Notes: a model not told the origin generated them from the letters alone. A stretch of DNA of 64,000 bases from an archaeon (GCA_018651925.1 JABIDC010000009.1:80403-144402), one strand, 5' to 3'. Counted from the first letter of the stretch, positions 27,239 through 36,575 are shown. A program made the numbers and translations.

Positions 27239-27646
27239 TTATTTCCTTAAATTTTTGATATATTCTTTTAGATTCGCTTGGCTTTTAAAACCTTTATTTC
27301 TTATTCTTTTTCTAATTTCTAGCCTTTCTTCTCGGTTTATTTGGCCTTGTTTTTCCATTTCCTTAGTATATCTCCTAAGTTTTCGAGTCATGATTACATA
27401 ATCTTGTTTACGAGTATTTACTTTTTTTCTTATATTTCCTGTGCTCTTTCTTGTTGCTTTTTTCAAATTTTTCCTTCTTCCTCCAACTTCCTTTACAAGA
27501 ATTGCTCCTTCTGCAGTCAAGTCTCGAATATCATTTTTTGTAATCGCTTCTTTAATTTCATTGATTCTTGTTGTTAGGAAAATAATTCTTTCTTTTCCAA
27601 CTTTTAATGTCTTTGCAGCTAATGATTTTTTCTTTCCTAAGTTCAT
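27239..27646 (-). CDS. rpl19e: Ribosomal protein eL19
   Basis: KKSLAAKTLKVGKERIIF...GRRKN basic protein, plus synteny. Confidence 0.9.
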   Translation of the reverse strand: MNLGKKKSLAAKTLKVGKERIIFLTTRINEIKEAITKNDIRDLTAEGAILVKEVGGRRKNLKKATRKSTGNIRKKVNTRKQDYVIMTRKLRRYTKEMEKQGQINREERLEIRKRIRNKGFKSQANLKEYIKNLRK

Positions 27647-28032
27647 TTTTTTATTTCCTTTTTCTTTAATTTATTTGTTTTTAAAAATTTCTCAATTTTT
27701 ACATTATGGAATTCAATTTTCATTTCTTTGGCTTTTTCAAGGATTGAAATCTTTTTCTTTTTTCCAACTTTTCCCAAGTAGGCAATTTGTCCTTTTTGGA
27801 TTTTTGATAAATCAGATAAATTCATAACTGTTATTGGAACCATTTTCCTTAATGTCCCTCGTGTTTCTTTGTCGCTTCTGTAACCAATACTTACAAGAGG
27901 AGAATATCCTTTTCTCTTTTCTCTCATTTTGTTGTCTCTTCCAGTAGGTTTCCTCCATCTTTGGACTTTTTTTCTTCCCTTTCCAAGTTTAGAAAGTTTA
28001 TTCCATGATCTTCTTAAAAATTTCTGTGCCAT
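27643..28032 (-). CDS. rpl32e: Ribosomal protein eL32
   Basis: WRKPTGRDNKMREKRKGYSPLVSIGYRS signature, plus synteny. Confidence 0.9.
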   Translation of the reverse strand: MAQKFLRRSWNKLSKLGKGRKKVQRWRKPTGRDNKMREKRKGYSPLVSIGYRSDKETRGTLRKMVPITVMNLSDLSKIQKGQIAYLGKVGKKKKISILEKAKEMKIEFHNVKIEKFLKTNKLKKKEIKK

Positions 28033-28574
28033 TACATTAATTTCCCGTTTTTCTCAGTGATATAAATCCCATCTTGAAAAACTCTTTTATCTCGATTTCT
28101 TATTTTAGTCGCATTCTCAAAGTTTGCTGCAGCCTGTCCAGCAATTTCTTTATTTATTGCAGTAACTGTGATTTCTTGTTTATTGATTTTTACATCTGCA
28201 TCTTTAGGGATAATACATTTTCTATTGATTTTTTCTCCTAAGAAATTCTTAATTGTAGCAACATTTCCCTGAATATCTACTGTGAATGGAAAATGGCTAA
28301 AACAAATTTTTAGTTTGTACTCAAACTTATTTTGAACACCAAGGATCATGTTTTTAATATGGGCTGTAATGGAATTCATTAATTTTTTCTCTGTTTTTGT
28401 GGCTTTTTTATTTCCGATAATAATTTTGTTATCTTTTTTCTCAAAAATAATTCGTGCAACATTAAATGTCCTTTTTAATTCTCCTTCCTTTCCTTTAACT
28501 GCAACTTCTCCGTCATTTAATGTGATTTCGACTCCTTCAGGAATTTCAATTTCTTGAAATAATTCTTTTTTCAT
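28032..28574 (-). CDS. rpl6: Ribosomal protein uL6
   Basis: Two-domain L6 pattern (VEITLNDGEVAVKGKEGELKRTF ... VFQDGIYI), plus synteny. Confidence 0.9.
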   Translation of the reverse strand: MKKELFQEIEIPEGVEITLNDGEVAVKGKEGELKRTFNVARIIFEKKDNKIIIGNKKATKTEKKLMNSITAHIKNMILGVQNKFEYKLKICFSHFPFTVDIQGNVATIKNFLGEKINRKCIIPKDADVKINKQEITVTAINKEIAGQAAANFENATKIRNRDKRVFQDGIYITEKNGKLM

Positions 28575-28954
28575 TAGAAGAAATAAGCAATTAAGCTTCC
28601 TCCAATTTTTTCTTCTTGAGCTTCTTCGTGAGTCATAAGTCCCTTATTTGTAGAAACAAGAACTGTTCCAAAATTTCTTGAAGGAAGGTATCTTCTTCTA
28701 TATTTTTCAATATCTTCTTTTTTCACAGTAAATCGTGGTTTGATGGATTTACAATCGAAAAGTTGCCCAATTGTAACTTCAATTGTTTTTTCTTCTGAAT
28801 TAATCTTATATTTTTTAATTGCATTTTTTTGTTTCATGATTTTCAATACTTCAATTAAAAGATTCGAAATTCTATTTATCTTTACAATTTCTTTCTTTGC
28901 GTTATTCGCATTCTTTATCATGTTTAATGCATCTGCTGTTATGTCGTGGCTCAT
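28574..28954 (-). CDS. rps8: Ribosomal protein uS8
   Basis: DITADALNMIKNANNAKK ... GGSLIAYFF termini, plus synteny. Confidence 0.9.
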   Translation of the reverse strand: MSHDITADALNMIKNANNAKKEIVKINRISNLLIEVLKIMKQKNAIKKYKINSEEKTIEVTIGQLFDCKSIKPRFTVKKEDIEKYRRRYLPSRNFGTVLVSTNKGLMTHEEAQEEKIGGSLIAYFF

Positions 28955-28971
28955 TTTATTTTTTTATCTCC

Positions 28972-29202
28972 TTATGAATATTTTTTGAATCCGATTTCTG
29001 TCGCGATTTCTCGAAAACAGTGTCGGCATAAATTTAATCCGTATGATTTGATGTGTGCTCCGAATCTTCCACACCTCTCGCATTTCTTTGCAGCGATTCC
29101 AATCTTCCTTTCTTTTGGTTTACAGTGCTTTAAGAACTTTGCCTTCACTTCCGGCTTATTTTCTAACTGTTTCAATATTTTGTTCCAATCGCTTGCTGTC
29201 AT
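28972..29202 (-). CDS. rps14: Ribosomal protein uS14 (zinc-ribbon type)
   Basis: CERCGRFGAHIKSYGLNLCRHCFRE CxxC...CxxC core, plus synteny. The N-terminus is longer than in most archaeal S14. Confidence 0.85.
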   Translation of the reverse strand: MTASDWNKILKQLENKPEVKAKFLKHCKPKERKIGIAAKKCERCGRFGAHIKSYGLNLCRHCFREIATEIGFKKYS

Positions 29203-29203
29203 T

Positions 29204-29713
29204 TTATATGAATTTTGTTTGGAAGTTTTCTTCCATGAATTTAATTATTTCTTCTCGACTAATTTTTTGTTTTGAAGGAATTTTTCCTCTTTTAATTTTT
29301 TTAAGTTTAACTCTTCTGCCGGTTCTTTTGAAGACCACAGTAACATCAAACCCCATCATTCCTAATTCTCTATTATATTCCATTCCTGGAATTTCTAAAT
29401 ATTCTTTGATTCCAAATGAAAAATTATTTTCACTCATTTGTTTTTTTCTTAAAACATTATCAATCGCAACCAACATTTTCTTTAACATTGGTTCAATTTC
29501 TTTTCTAATTGTAACAACTGCCCCAACCTCTAAACCAGGCCTTACACCAAAGCCAGGAATTCTTTTATTTGATTTAGTTTTTGCAACCTTTTTTCCAGTA
29601 ACCATATCTAAAAGGATTACTCCCTTAGCCAAATAATCTCCAGTTCCCCCAATTCCAAATACAATTTTCTCAATTTTAATTTCTCTCATCGGATTCATTT
29701 TTTGTTCAACCAT
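29204..29713 (-). CDS. rpl5: Ribosomal protein uL5
   Basis: NPMREIKIEKIVFGIGGTGD ... GMMGFDVTV, plus synteny. Confidence 0.9.
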   Translation of the reverse strand: MVEQKMNPMREIKIEKIVFGIGGTGDYLAKGVILLDMVTGKKVAKTKSNKRIPGFGVRPGLEVGAVVTIRKEIEPMLKKMLVAIDNVLRKKQMSENNFSFGIKEYLEIPGMEYNRELGMMGFDVTVVFKRTGRRVKLKKIKRGKIPSKQKISREEIIKFMEENFQTKFI

Positions 29714-30351
29714 TATGCTACCACCATCAATTGTTTAATTAATACGTTTGCATTTTGTTTTCCGAGATTCAATTCTACCATTTTTTCAGTAATTTTATTG
29801 ACTGTTCCAACAGATCCAACGTGTTTTCCTGCGAAAACTAAAACTGAAGCTTTTTCTTTTAGTGGAAGGCATTTGATTATTTTCTTTGATTCAAAGTCAA
29901 CTGAAACTGAGTCATTTGTGTTACATTTAGTTTCTGAAAGATAATTTCTGCCATCTAATAAGTTCAATTGTGTTTTTTTGCCCTTTAAGATTTTTTTATC
30001 CACAACTTTTGAAATCTTTGATCCTGTTTCTTTTGTTTCTTCAAGAGAAAATTTTCCAGTTTCATTCAAAACTAATTTATAGTTCTTTTTTGAAGGAACA
30101 ATACTTACAACATCGAACAACAAAATTGCTTGTTTGTCCTCTTTAGCAGCAAATCCATTAATCAAGATGTTTTTTTTGTGAATTGCCTTTTTTACTTCTT
30201 TTCTATTTTGAGCAATATTCAACATGTCTCTAACAAAAAGAAGTAATGGAATTCCTCCGATAACGTTTGAGGAAGGCTTCACTACAAACTTTGTTCCTTT
30301 TCTTGCAATTGGCCAATTTTTTGGCATTTTTTGTCTTTTTAGGTGGTTCAT
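29713..30351 (-). CDS. rps4e: Ribosomal protein eS4
   Basis: MNHLKRQKMPKNWPIARKGTKFVVKP N-terminus, plus synteny. Confidence 0.9.
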   Translation of the reverse strand: MNHLKRQKMPKNWPIARKGTKFVVKPSSNVIGGIPLLLFVRDMLNIAQNRKEVKKAIHKKNILINGFAAKEDKQAILLFDVVSIVPSKKNYKLVLNETGKFSLEETKETGSKISKVVDKKILKGKKTQLNLLDGRNYLSETKCNTNDSVSVDFESKKIIKCLPLKEKASVLVFAGKHVGSVGTVNKITEKMVELNLGKQNANVLIKQLMVVA

Positions 30352-30845
30352 TTTTTATTTTCCGTTTTTTTAATTTGATCTTTAATTTTTTCTTTCTTCT
30401 TCGAAGAAGCGTCTTCAATTACTTCTTTAACTTCCTTTTTATCTGTTTTGTTTTTTGTTTCACTTGTTTGGGAATTAATCATTTTGTTTCTTTTTTTATC
30501 TTCTAAATTTAGTTCAATAATTTGTAGGTTTGAAGATTGTAATTTAACATTTACTTTTGTTCCATCTTGTTTTTTTACCTGAATCCCTTCAACATAAACT
30601 TTTGACATTTTAATTTTAATTTCAACAACCTTTCCTTGTTTTCCAGCATATTTCCCTCGGAGAATCTTAACTAAGTCGCCTTTTCTTAAAACAACATTTC
30701 GTGTTCCATACTTTGTACGTAATGCTTTTGAGAGGTTTGTACTCAAAACCTTTCTTTTCAGGTGAAGTGGAGCATTAGCTAAATACTTTCGTTGTTTTCT
30801 TGGTTGTTTGCTTGCAACCCATTGTTTGCTGAATTCTTTTTTCAT
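30348..30845 (-). CDS. rpl24: Ribosomal protein uL24 with a Lys-rich C-terminal extension
   Basis: KQPRKQRKYLANAPLHLKRK and KOW motif VVLRKGDLVKILRGKYAGKQGKV. About 45 extra Lys/Glu-rich residues at the C-terminus. Confidence 0.9.
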   Translation of the reverse strand: MKKEFSKQWVASKQPRKQRKYLANAPLHLKRKVLSTNLSKALRTKYGTRNVVLRKGDLVKILRGKYAGKQGKVVEIKIKMSKVYVEGIQVKKQDGTKVNVKLQSSNLQIIELNLEDKKRNKMINSQTSETKNKTDKKEVKEVIEDASSKKKEKIKDQIKKTENKK

Positions 30846-30846
30846 T

Positions 30847-31248
30847 TTAGTATACTATTGAAGCGATTTTAGCAACACTTGGCCATCGCTCCATAACCTC
30901 CCTTGCAATTGGTCCTTTAATTTGTGTTCCTTTTGGATTCCCTTTTTCATCTTTAAGGATGGCAACAGCATTATCTTCAAAGGCGATCCTTTCCCCATTA
31001 AGTCTACGATAAGATTTTTTTTGTCGAATAATTACTGCGTCAAAAACTTTTCCTTTCATATCTGGAACTCCTTTTTTAACACTAACTTTTACCCAGTCCG
31101 CAATTCTTGCCGAAACTTGTTTTCCCTTCTTTGCTTTACTTCTCTTCACCGAAACAATTTTTACAACTTTTGCTCCACTATTGTCTGCAGAAATCATTTT
31201 TGCTCCAATGTTAAATGCTTGAGTTGTTCTTGCGCTTACTGCTTTCAT
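30847..31248 (-). CDS. rpl14: Ribosomal protein uL14
   Basis: ADNSGAKVVKIVSV ... AVIIRQKKSYRRLNGERIAFEDNAVAIL, plus synteny. Confidence 0.95.
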   Translation of the reverse strand: MKAVSARTTQAFNIGAKMISADNSGAKVVKIVSVKRSKAKKGKQVSARIADWVKVSVKKGVPDMKGKVFDAVIIRQKKSYRRLNGERIAFEDNAVAILKDEKGNPKGTQIKGPIAREVMERWPSVAKIASIVY

Positions 31249-31640
31249 TTTAAATCCTCTTTACTTTTAATTTTTTTAATAAATGCAAAATGTATAATCT
31301 TACTTAAGGGCCTACATTCTTGGATTTTTATTAAATCTCCAATTTGAACATTTTTTTCTTGGCAAAGAGGAAGTCTTGCATGAATTTTTGTTTGAGATTT
31401 CGCATATCTTTCATATTTCTTTACATAAACCATTCTTTCAAAGCTAATTGTTAATCTTTTTTGAGCCTTCCTAATTACAGTTCCCTCGAATGTTCTTCCA
31501 CGGGTTTTTAAATTTCCATGAACAGGACAATCTTTATCTTGACAGACTGTTTCAACTAATGTTGGTTTTTCCATTTTCTCTGTTTTTACTTTTGTTTTTG
31601 TCATTTTTTCTTTGTTTGATTTAGTCAATTGATTCTTCAT
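31245..31640 (-). CDS. rps17: Ribosomal protein uS17
   Basis: CQDKDCPVHGNLKTRGRTFEGTVIRK core. The track start at 31649 is TTG. ATG 31640 is used, but ATG 31604 or 31574 is also possible. Lys-rich N-terminal leader. Confidence 0.8.
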   Translation of the reverse strand: MKNQLTKSNKEKMTKTKVKTEKMEKPTLVETVCQDKDCPVHGNLKTRGRTFEGTVIRKAQKRLTISFERMVYVKKYERYAKSQTKIHARLPLCQEKNVQIGDLIKIQECRPLSKIIHFAFIKKIKSKEDLK

Positions 31641-31917
31641 CGAATCCAAGTTTAACCAAAAGATCTTTGATCTTTTTCGTGTGGTCTCCTTGAAGTTCGA
31701 TTACACGATCTTTCGATGTTCCTCCGCAAGCAAGCTCATTTTTGAGCGACTTACCGATTTTTTTTACATCGATTCCCGTGTCGAATCCTTTAACAACAGT
31801 AACGATTTTTCCGTATCTTTTACGGTCTGTCGTAACCTTTATTCTTTGCGAACTTTTTACAATTTGTTCGCAAACACATGCTTGCTCTGGCAAGCCACAT
31901 TTTGGGCATATTTCCAT
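31621..31917 (-). CDS. eif1: Translation initiation factor aIF1 (SUI1)
   Basis: MEICPKCGLPEQACVCE zinc knuckle followed by a SUI1 fold (RIKVTTDRKRYGKIVTVVKGF...ACGGT...IELQGDH). Confidence 0.85.
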   Translation of the reverse strand: MEICPKCGLPEQACVCEQIVKSSQRIKVTTDRKRYGKIVTVVKGFDTGIDVKKIGKSLKNELACGGTSKDRVIELQGDHTKKIKDLLVKLGFDEESID

Positions 31918-31919
31918 TG

Positions 31920-32108
31920 TTATTTCGTTTTCAACCCTCCTTCTTGGGCGTTGAATGTTAATATTCTTGCAATTATTTTTCTAATTACTTTTGATTTTCC
32001 AGTTGTTTTGGAATTTGCGGATTTTGATTTTATTAGTTCCAATTTAAGTTCCTTTATTTTTTTCTCTCGTTGTTCCTTATTAAGTGTTTTTATTTCTTTA
32101 AATTTCAT
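31920..32108 (-). CDS. rpl29: Ribosomal protein uL29
   Basis: 62-aa helical protein (LNKEQREKKIKELKLELIK), in the operon position after uS3. Confidence 0.85.
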   Translation of the reverse strand: MKFKEIKTLNKEQREKKIKELKLELIKSKSANSKTTGKSKVIRKIIARILTFNAQEGGLKTK

Positions 32109-32761
32109 TTTTTCTTTTTAGTTGTTTTTTTGGGTTCTTCAACTTTTTCTTTTAATTTTGCAATCAATGCATCATCGATAGTAATCCTATCTTTTAGTAT
32201 TGCGTGCGGAGGTAAAATACTAACCTTAACTCCAACTGTTCCTGGTTTAGTTTCTGCTCTTGCTTGGGCCTTATCTACGACGCTTGCACTATCTCCTGCT
32301 TTCTTCAAATACCCTTGAGCAAATCTCCATGATTTTGCTCTTGAACCAGGTAATTTTCCTCCAAGTCTTAATTCAACTCCAAGCGCTCCCGATGCAATAA
32401 TTTTTTGTAATGCTCGATAAGCAATAACTTTGAATTTAAGTGGACCAAATCTTTCAAGTCCTAGAGCAATTTCATCTGCAATTGTCTGTGAATCAAAATT
32501 TGGTTCAAGGATTTCTTCAATCTCAATATGAGGATTTTCTAAAGTGAAATTTTCTTTAATCATTTTTGTTAAAAGTTCGATGCTTTCTCCACGTCTACCA
32601 ATAACAAGTCCAGGTTTTGCAGTTGAAATTATAATTTTTTCTCCAACTGGGGTGTAGTCTATCCTAACATTGCTTATTTTCCCTTTCCCAATTCCTTTTT
32701 TGATCATTTCTTTTAAGGCAAATTCTTCTTTTTTCAATGCTACTGTTTTTCTTTCTTCCAT
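32105..32761 (-). CDS. rps3: Ribosomal protein uS3
   Basis: KH domain (VIGRRGESIELLTKMI) and C-terminal domain (GVELRLGGKLPGSRAKSWRFAQG), plus synteny. Confidence 0.9.
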   Translation of the reverse strand: MEERKTVALKKEEFALKEMIKKGIGKGKISNVRIDYTPVGEKIIISTAKPGLVIGRRGESIELLTKMIKENFTLENPHIEIEEILEPNFDSQTIADEIALGLERFGPLKFKVIAYRALQKIIASGALGVELRLGGKLPGSRAKSWRFAQGYLKKAGDSASVVDKAQARAETKPGTVGVKVSILPPHAILKDRITIDDALIAKLKEKVEEPKKTTKKKK

Positions 32762-32762
32762 T

Positions 32763-33368
32763 TTATTTTTTTGATTTTTTCCTTTTTATTTGTTTTTTTT
32801 CTTTTGCAACAATTGTTATATGCGATCTTTTCTTTTTAACTGCTCCAAATCTTCCTCTTGGTCTTTGTGCAAGATTTGCAAGTGCTTCCACAATAATTGG
32901 TTCTTCTACCTCGTGATTTATTGCATTTTTTGCTAAACTATTCAATAATATGATAAAGTGTTCTGAAGCACGTTTTGGAAATCTTCCTGACATGATTCTA
33001 CCCTTTCTATGAGGAATTTCTCCCTTCATTGGAACTGCTTTTTTCTTAACAATAACATCTTCAAGATCTTTAGTTGCTTGTTCAATTGTTTTGTATTTAA
33101 TGAACTTACAAATTGCCATTGAGTATTTTGTTGAAATTGGAACGCTCTTCCCATTTACTGCAACTTCTATTTTTTTAACTTTCTTTGCAGGTTTTTTTAC
33201 ATCCGGTTTTTTCGCAGTCTCAGAAGTTTTTTTTGTTTCTTCTTCAACGTTGGCTGATTCTTTTTTAACTGGAGCTTTAGTCATATCTACCTTGCTTGCT
33301 TTTGGAGCAGCAACTATTTGTTTTTTGCTTTCTTGCTTCCCTGTTGGTTTTTCTGTATTTTGTGCCAT
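32763..33368 (-). CDS. rpl22: Ribosomal protein uL22 with a Lys-rich N-terminal extension
   Basis: Core AICKFIKYKTIEQATKDLEDVI...PHRKGRIMSGRFPKRAS, plus synteny. About 65 extra N-terminal residues. Confidence 0.85.
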   Translation of the reverse strand: MAQNTEKPTGKQESKKQIVAAPKASKVDMTKAPVKKESANVEEETKKTSETAKKPDVKKPAKKVKKIEVAVNGKSVPISTKYSMAICKFIKYKTIEQATKDLEDVIVKKKAVPMKGEIPHRKGRIMSGRFPKRASEHFIILLNSLAKNAINHEVEEPIIVEALANLAQRPRGRFGAVKKKRSHITIVAKEKKQIKRKKSKK

Positions 33369-33373
33369 TGTTA

Positions 33374-33769
33374 TTATTTCTTGCTCTTAGCTCGTGAGCC
33401 TTTAGTTGCCCCAACTCCAGACTTTGTATGTTTAGTTCTTGTTCGTGTAGGCGCAAATTCACCGAATTTGTGACCCAACATTTCAATTGTAACATCAACT
33501 GGAAGGAATTCGTTACCATTGTAAATCGCAATTCTCATTCCAATTAATTGTGGAACAATTACAATATCTCGAATGTGTGTTCTAACTTTTTTCCCGTTCT
33601 CGATTTTCTTTTTAGCTAAAGTTACAAAATCTTCTGTTGCTTGGAAATTTCTAAGAAGAGATCTCCTTCTTCTCGAATCAACAAATTTGGCAAATTCTCT
33701 TACTTCCAACTTTTGTAATTCTTCAAGCGACATTCCTTTGTATTTTAGTTCTTTTTTTCTTAATTCCAT
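33374..33769 (-). CDS. rps19: Ribosomal protein uS19
   Basis: IYNGNEFLPVDVTIEMLGHKFGEFAPTR signature. Confidence 0.9.
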   Translation of the reverse strand: MELRKKELKYKGMSLEELQKLEVREFAKFVDSRRRRSLLRNFQATEDFVTLAKKKIENGKKVRTHIRDIVIVPQLIGMRIAIYNGNEFLPVDVTIEMLGHKFGEFAPTRTRTKHTKSGVGATKGSRAKSKK

Positions 33770-33774
33770 TTTGA

Positions 33775-34470
33775 TTATTTCTTTTTACCAGTTCTTCTTG
33801 GTCTGATTAATCCTACTCTCTTTCCAGGAGGAGCATTTCTTTTTGCAATTTTACTCTTAGGGTTCTTTGCTCTTCCTGAACCGAATGGATGATCAATTGC
33901 ATTCATCTTAACCGCTGAAGTTCTTGGCCATAATTTACTTTTAGTTTTCTTGATGTAATGTTGTTTTCCTGCTTTAATTATTGGTTTATCCAATCTTCCA
34001 GCACCTGCAACAACACCAATCATTGCTCTACAATTTTTGTTCAATTTTTTTTCCTTTTTTGAAGGAAACATAATTGAAATTGATTTTTCTGTTATTTTAT
34101 GAATTGTAGCATGGCTTCCAGCTGTCTTCATAAATGTCCCCCCATCTCTTGGTCTTGATTCAATGTTATAAACTTTTGTTTTCAAAGGAATGTCTTTTAA
34201 TTGGACAACATTTCCGTCTTTAATTTCGTTGCTAAAACTGATTTTTTGTCCTTCAACCATCCCCTTGAAAGCAGGAGCATAGAAGGTTTTTTTCTTAAAA
34301 AGAATTTTTGCTAGTGGTGCGCTATGGACAGAGGAATTAAAAAGTTTGATTACTTCTGCCTCTCCTTCAAGTTCTGGAGAATATTTTAGTTCATATCTAA
34401 AATTCTTCTTGCTAACTCTATATGTGCTAGTTCCTCTTCCTCGTCTTTGTACAATAATTCTTTTTGCCAT
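33775..34470 (-). CDS. rpl2: Ribosomal protein uL2
   Basis: MAKRIIVQRRGRGTSTYR N-terminus and a NAIDHPFGSG variant of the HPHGGG motif. Confidence 0.95.
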   Translation of the reverse strand: MAKRIIVQRRGRGTSTYRVSKKNFRYELKYSPELEGEAEVIKLFNSSVHSAPLAKILFKKKTFYAPAFKGMVEGQKISFSNEIKDGNVVQLKDIPLKTKVYNIESRPRDGGTFMKTAGSHATIHKITEKSISIMFPSKKEKKLNKNCRAMIGVVAGAGRLDKPIIKAGKQHYIKKTKSKLWPRTSAVKMNAIDHPFGSGRAKNPKSKIAKRNAPPGKRVGLIRPRRTGKKK

Positions 34471-34471
34471 A

Positions 34472-34732
34472 TTACATTAATCCCAATTTTGTAGCAATAT
34501 CAATTGCAGGGTATTTACTTTTTAATTGAACGTAAGAGTATTTTTTATTTTTCTTATTTAGTGTTCTTACTTTTTGGACTTCAACCTCAAAAATTTCTTC
34601 AACTTCTTTTTTGATTTCCTCTTTTGTAAATCTCATGTCAGTTGAAAATGTTAAAATATTGTCTAATTCAATCATCATTACTGCTTTTTCAGTAACAATT
34701 GGTCTTAATCCAATTCCTGCTTTTGATTTCAT
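34472..34732 (-). CDS. rpl23: Ribosomal protein uL23
   Basis: 86 aa (PIVTEKAVMMIE...KKEVEEIFEVEVQKVRT), plus synteny. Confidence 0.9.
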   Translation of the reverse strand: MKSKAGIGLRPIVTEKAVMMIELDNILTFSTDMRFTKEEIKKEVEEIFEVEVQKVRTLNKKNKKYSYVQLKSKYPAIDIATKLGLM

Positions 34733-35526
34733 TTGAATTTTTCTCCTAATTCTTTAATTGCGCTTTCAGTATAAATTGTGATTCTTCCAGGAGATCCTTG
34801 AGCTAAATCATTCACCCCAAGACTTTTTGAAGTTGTAATGTCAAAAGCAGTTGTTTTGATACTCTCTTTTTCTCCGATAACTAAAAGAAGTCCTTGATTT
34901 GATTTATATTTTCTTCCACGAAGTTTTCCTTTACCACTTCTAACTTTTTTTGTTTGAATTGCAAGAGAAAATAATTCTTTTCCTAAAATTGCTTCAACAC
35001 TATTTAACAAATCTTTTGTTTTCAAAGTTGTAATCTTATTTTCAACAATATATGGAGTATTCAAAACTTTCTTATCTGTCAATCTAGCATATCTGGAGAA
35101 AACCATTGCAGCATTGGCAGTAGCGCTAATCGCAGACATCAAAGCAATTTGCAATTCTTTTTTATTAATTTTTAATGTGTTAATCATTGAAAGAACTTTT
35201 GGAGGATGAGCTCTTCGTCCACCACGAGTATTTGGTACAACTGCTGCAACCCAATTAAATTGTGATCCTCTTTGAGACATTCTTTTTCTTGGAACTCTTG
35301 ACATTCCTCTTCCATATTGAGATTTCCAAACGTGTCTCCTATGAACTAAATTTCCACTAGCAGAAGATTGATTTCCTGCAACAGGGGAAGGCGCATAAGG
35401 TTGTTGAACCTTTTTAGTTTCAATAACTTTAGCAATAATATCTTTTCTAACTAGTGTGTCAAAACATTTAGGAAGATCAATTTTACTTTTTTCTTTTCCT
35501 TTTATATCTAATAAATTTCCTTTCAT
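34729..35526 (-). CDS. rpl4: Ribosomal protein uL4
   Basis: SQYGRGMSRVPRKRMSQRGSQFNWVAAVVPNTRGGRRAHPPK core, plus synteny. Confidence 0.9.
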   Translation of the reverse strand: MKGNLLDIKGKEKSKIDLPKCFDTLVRKDIIAKVIETKKVQQPYAPSPVAGNQSSASGNLVHRRHVWKSQYGRGMSRVPRKRMSQRGSQFNWVAAVVPNTRGGRRAHPPKVLSMINTLKINKKELQIALMSAISATANAAMVFSRYARLTDKKVLNTPYIVENKITTLKTKDLLNSVEAILGKELFSLAIQTKKVRSGKGKLRGRKYKSNQGLLLVIGEKESIKTTAFDITTSKSLGVNDLAQGSPGRITIYTESAIKELGEKFK

Positions 35527-36461
35527 CTTAACTCAACTACCTCAAAATTTTGTTTTTTAGTTTTTCGTGTTTCTCTTAATGGAGCAGTAAGAACTAATTG
35601 TCTTTTAGCAGATCCTTGAACAGATCCTTTAACAATAACATAGTCTGTATTGATGTCTCCAAAGTTCTTTATGTTCTTAATTGGTTTATCTGAAGATTTA
35701 CCCATTTGAAGAATTTTATTATTATAAATAGCTCTAGTAAACATTCCTAATTGTCCTGCCATCGGAACTCTAAAAATAACTCTTGCAGGATGCCATGGAC
35801 CTAAACTTCCTGGCCTTCTTCGCCCTTTTTCTGATTTATGGAATTTTAACTTGATTCCAAACCTTTTAACCGGCCCAGAAAATCCTTTTCCTTTAGTAAG
35901 TCCTCTAACATCAATTAATTGGTCTTTATCAAAAACATCTAAAACCGAGATTTCTTTTCCAAGATTTTCCTTAACATAAGCTAATTTATCTTCAACACTA
36001 CCATTAATTCCCATTTCAACTAGATCTGGTTTCTTCTTAATTTTAGTTTTCTTTACAACAGAGTATCCAATAACTCGAATATCATCATATTCTTTGATAT
36101 CCTCAACTTTTTTTGTTACTTTCTTTGGTAATTTGACTCTTCTCTTTAATTCTTTGTCCAAATTTTCAGATAAAACTTCAGTCATAACTTTACCATGTTT
36201 ATAGAATCTAACTGAGAAAATTTTTAATGGAGGACATTCAAGAATTGTACCTGGAATAACAATTTCTTTTCCTTTAGTCATTGAATCAGGAGTATTATCT
36301 TTTACTGCAACAGAAATCATTCCTGCTTTGTAAGCAATAAATCCTTTTAATTTTTTTTCAGAATCAATAGCATCCCAGTTCACACTTGGTAATAACTTAG
36401 CAGCTCTTTTTCTTGGCCAGAACTGCAAACTTCCTTTTCTTGGTGATTTTCTTGTTGGCAT
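35523..36461 (-). CDS. rpl3: Ribosomal protein uL3
   Basis: MPTRKSPRKGSLQFWPRKRA N-terminus and VRGLTKGKGFSGPVKRFG motif. First gene of the operon. Confidence 0.95.
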   Translation of the reverse strand: MPTRKSPRKGSLQFWPRKRAAKLLPSVNWDAIDSEKKLKGFIAYKAGMISVAVKDNTPDSMTKGKEIVIPGTILECPPLKIFSVRFYKHGKVMTEVLSENLDKELKRRVKLPKKVTKKVEDIKEYDDIRVIGYSVVKKTKIKKKPDLVEMGINGSVEDKLAYVKENLGKEISVLDVFDKDQLIDVRGLTKGKGFSGPVKRFGIKLKFHKSEKGRRRPGSLGPWHPARVIFRVPMAGQLGMFTRAIYNNKILQMGKSSDKPIKNIKNFGDINTDYVIVKGSVQGSAKRQLVLTAPLRETRKTKKQNFEVVELR

Positions 36462-36575
36462 TTTTCAATAATAGTAATGTGTTCATATTTACTTTCCCTG
36501 GAATATCTATGTTAAAAAAAATTGGTTTATAAATCTTGTGTTAATATTTTTTTAAAATTTCATTCGAGAAAAGGG

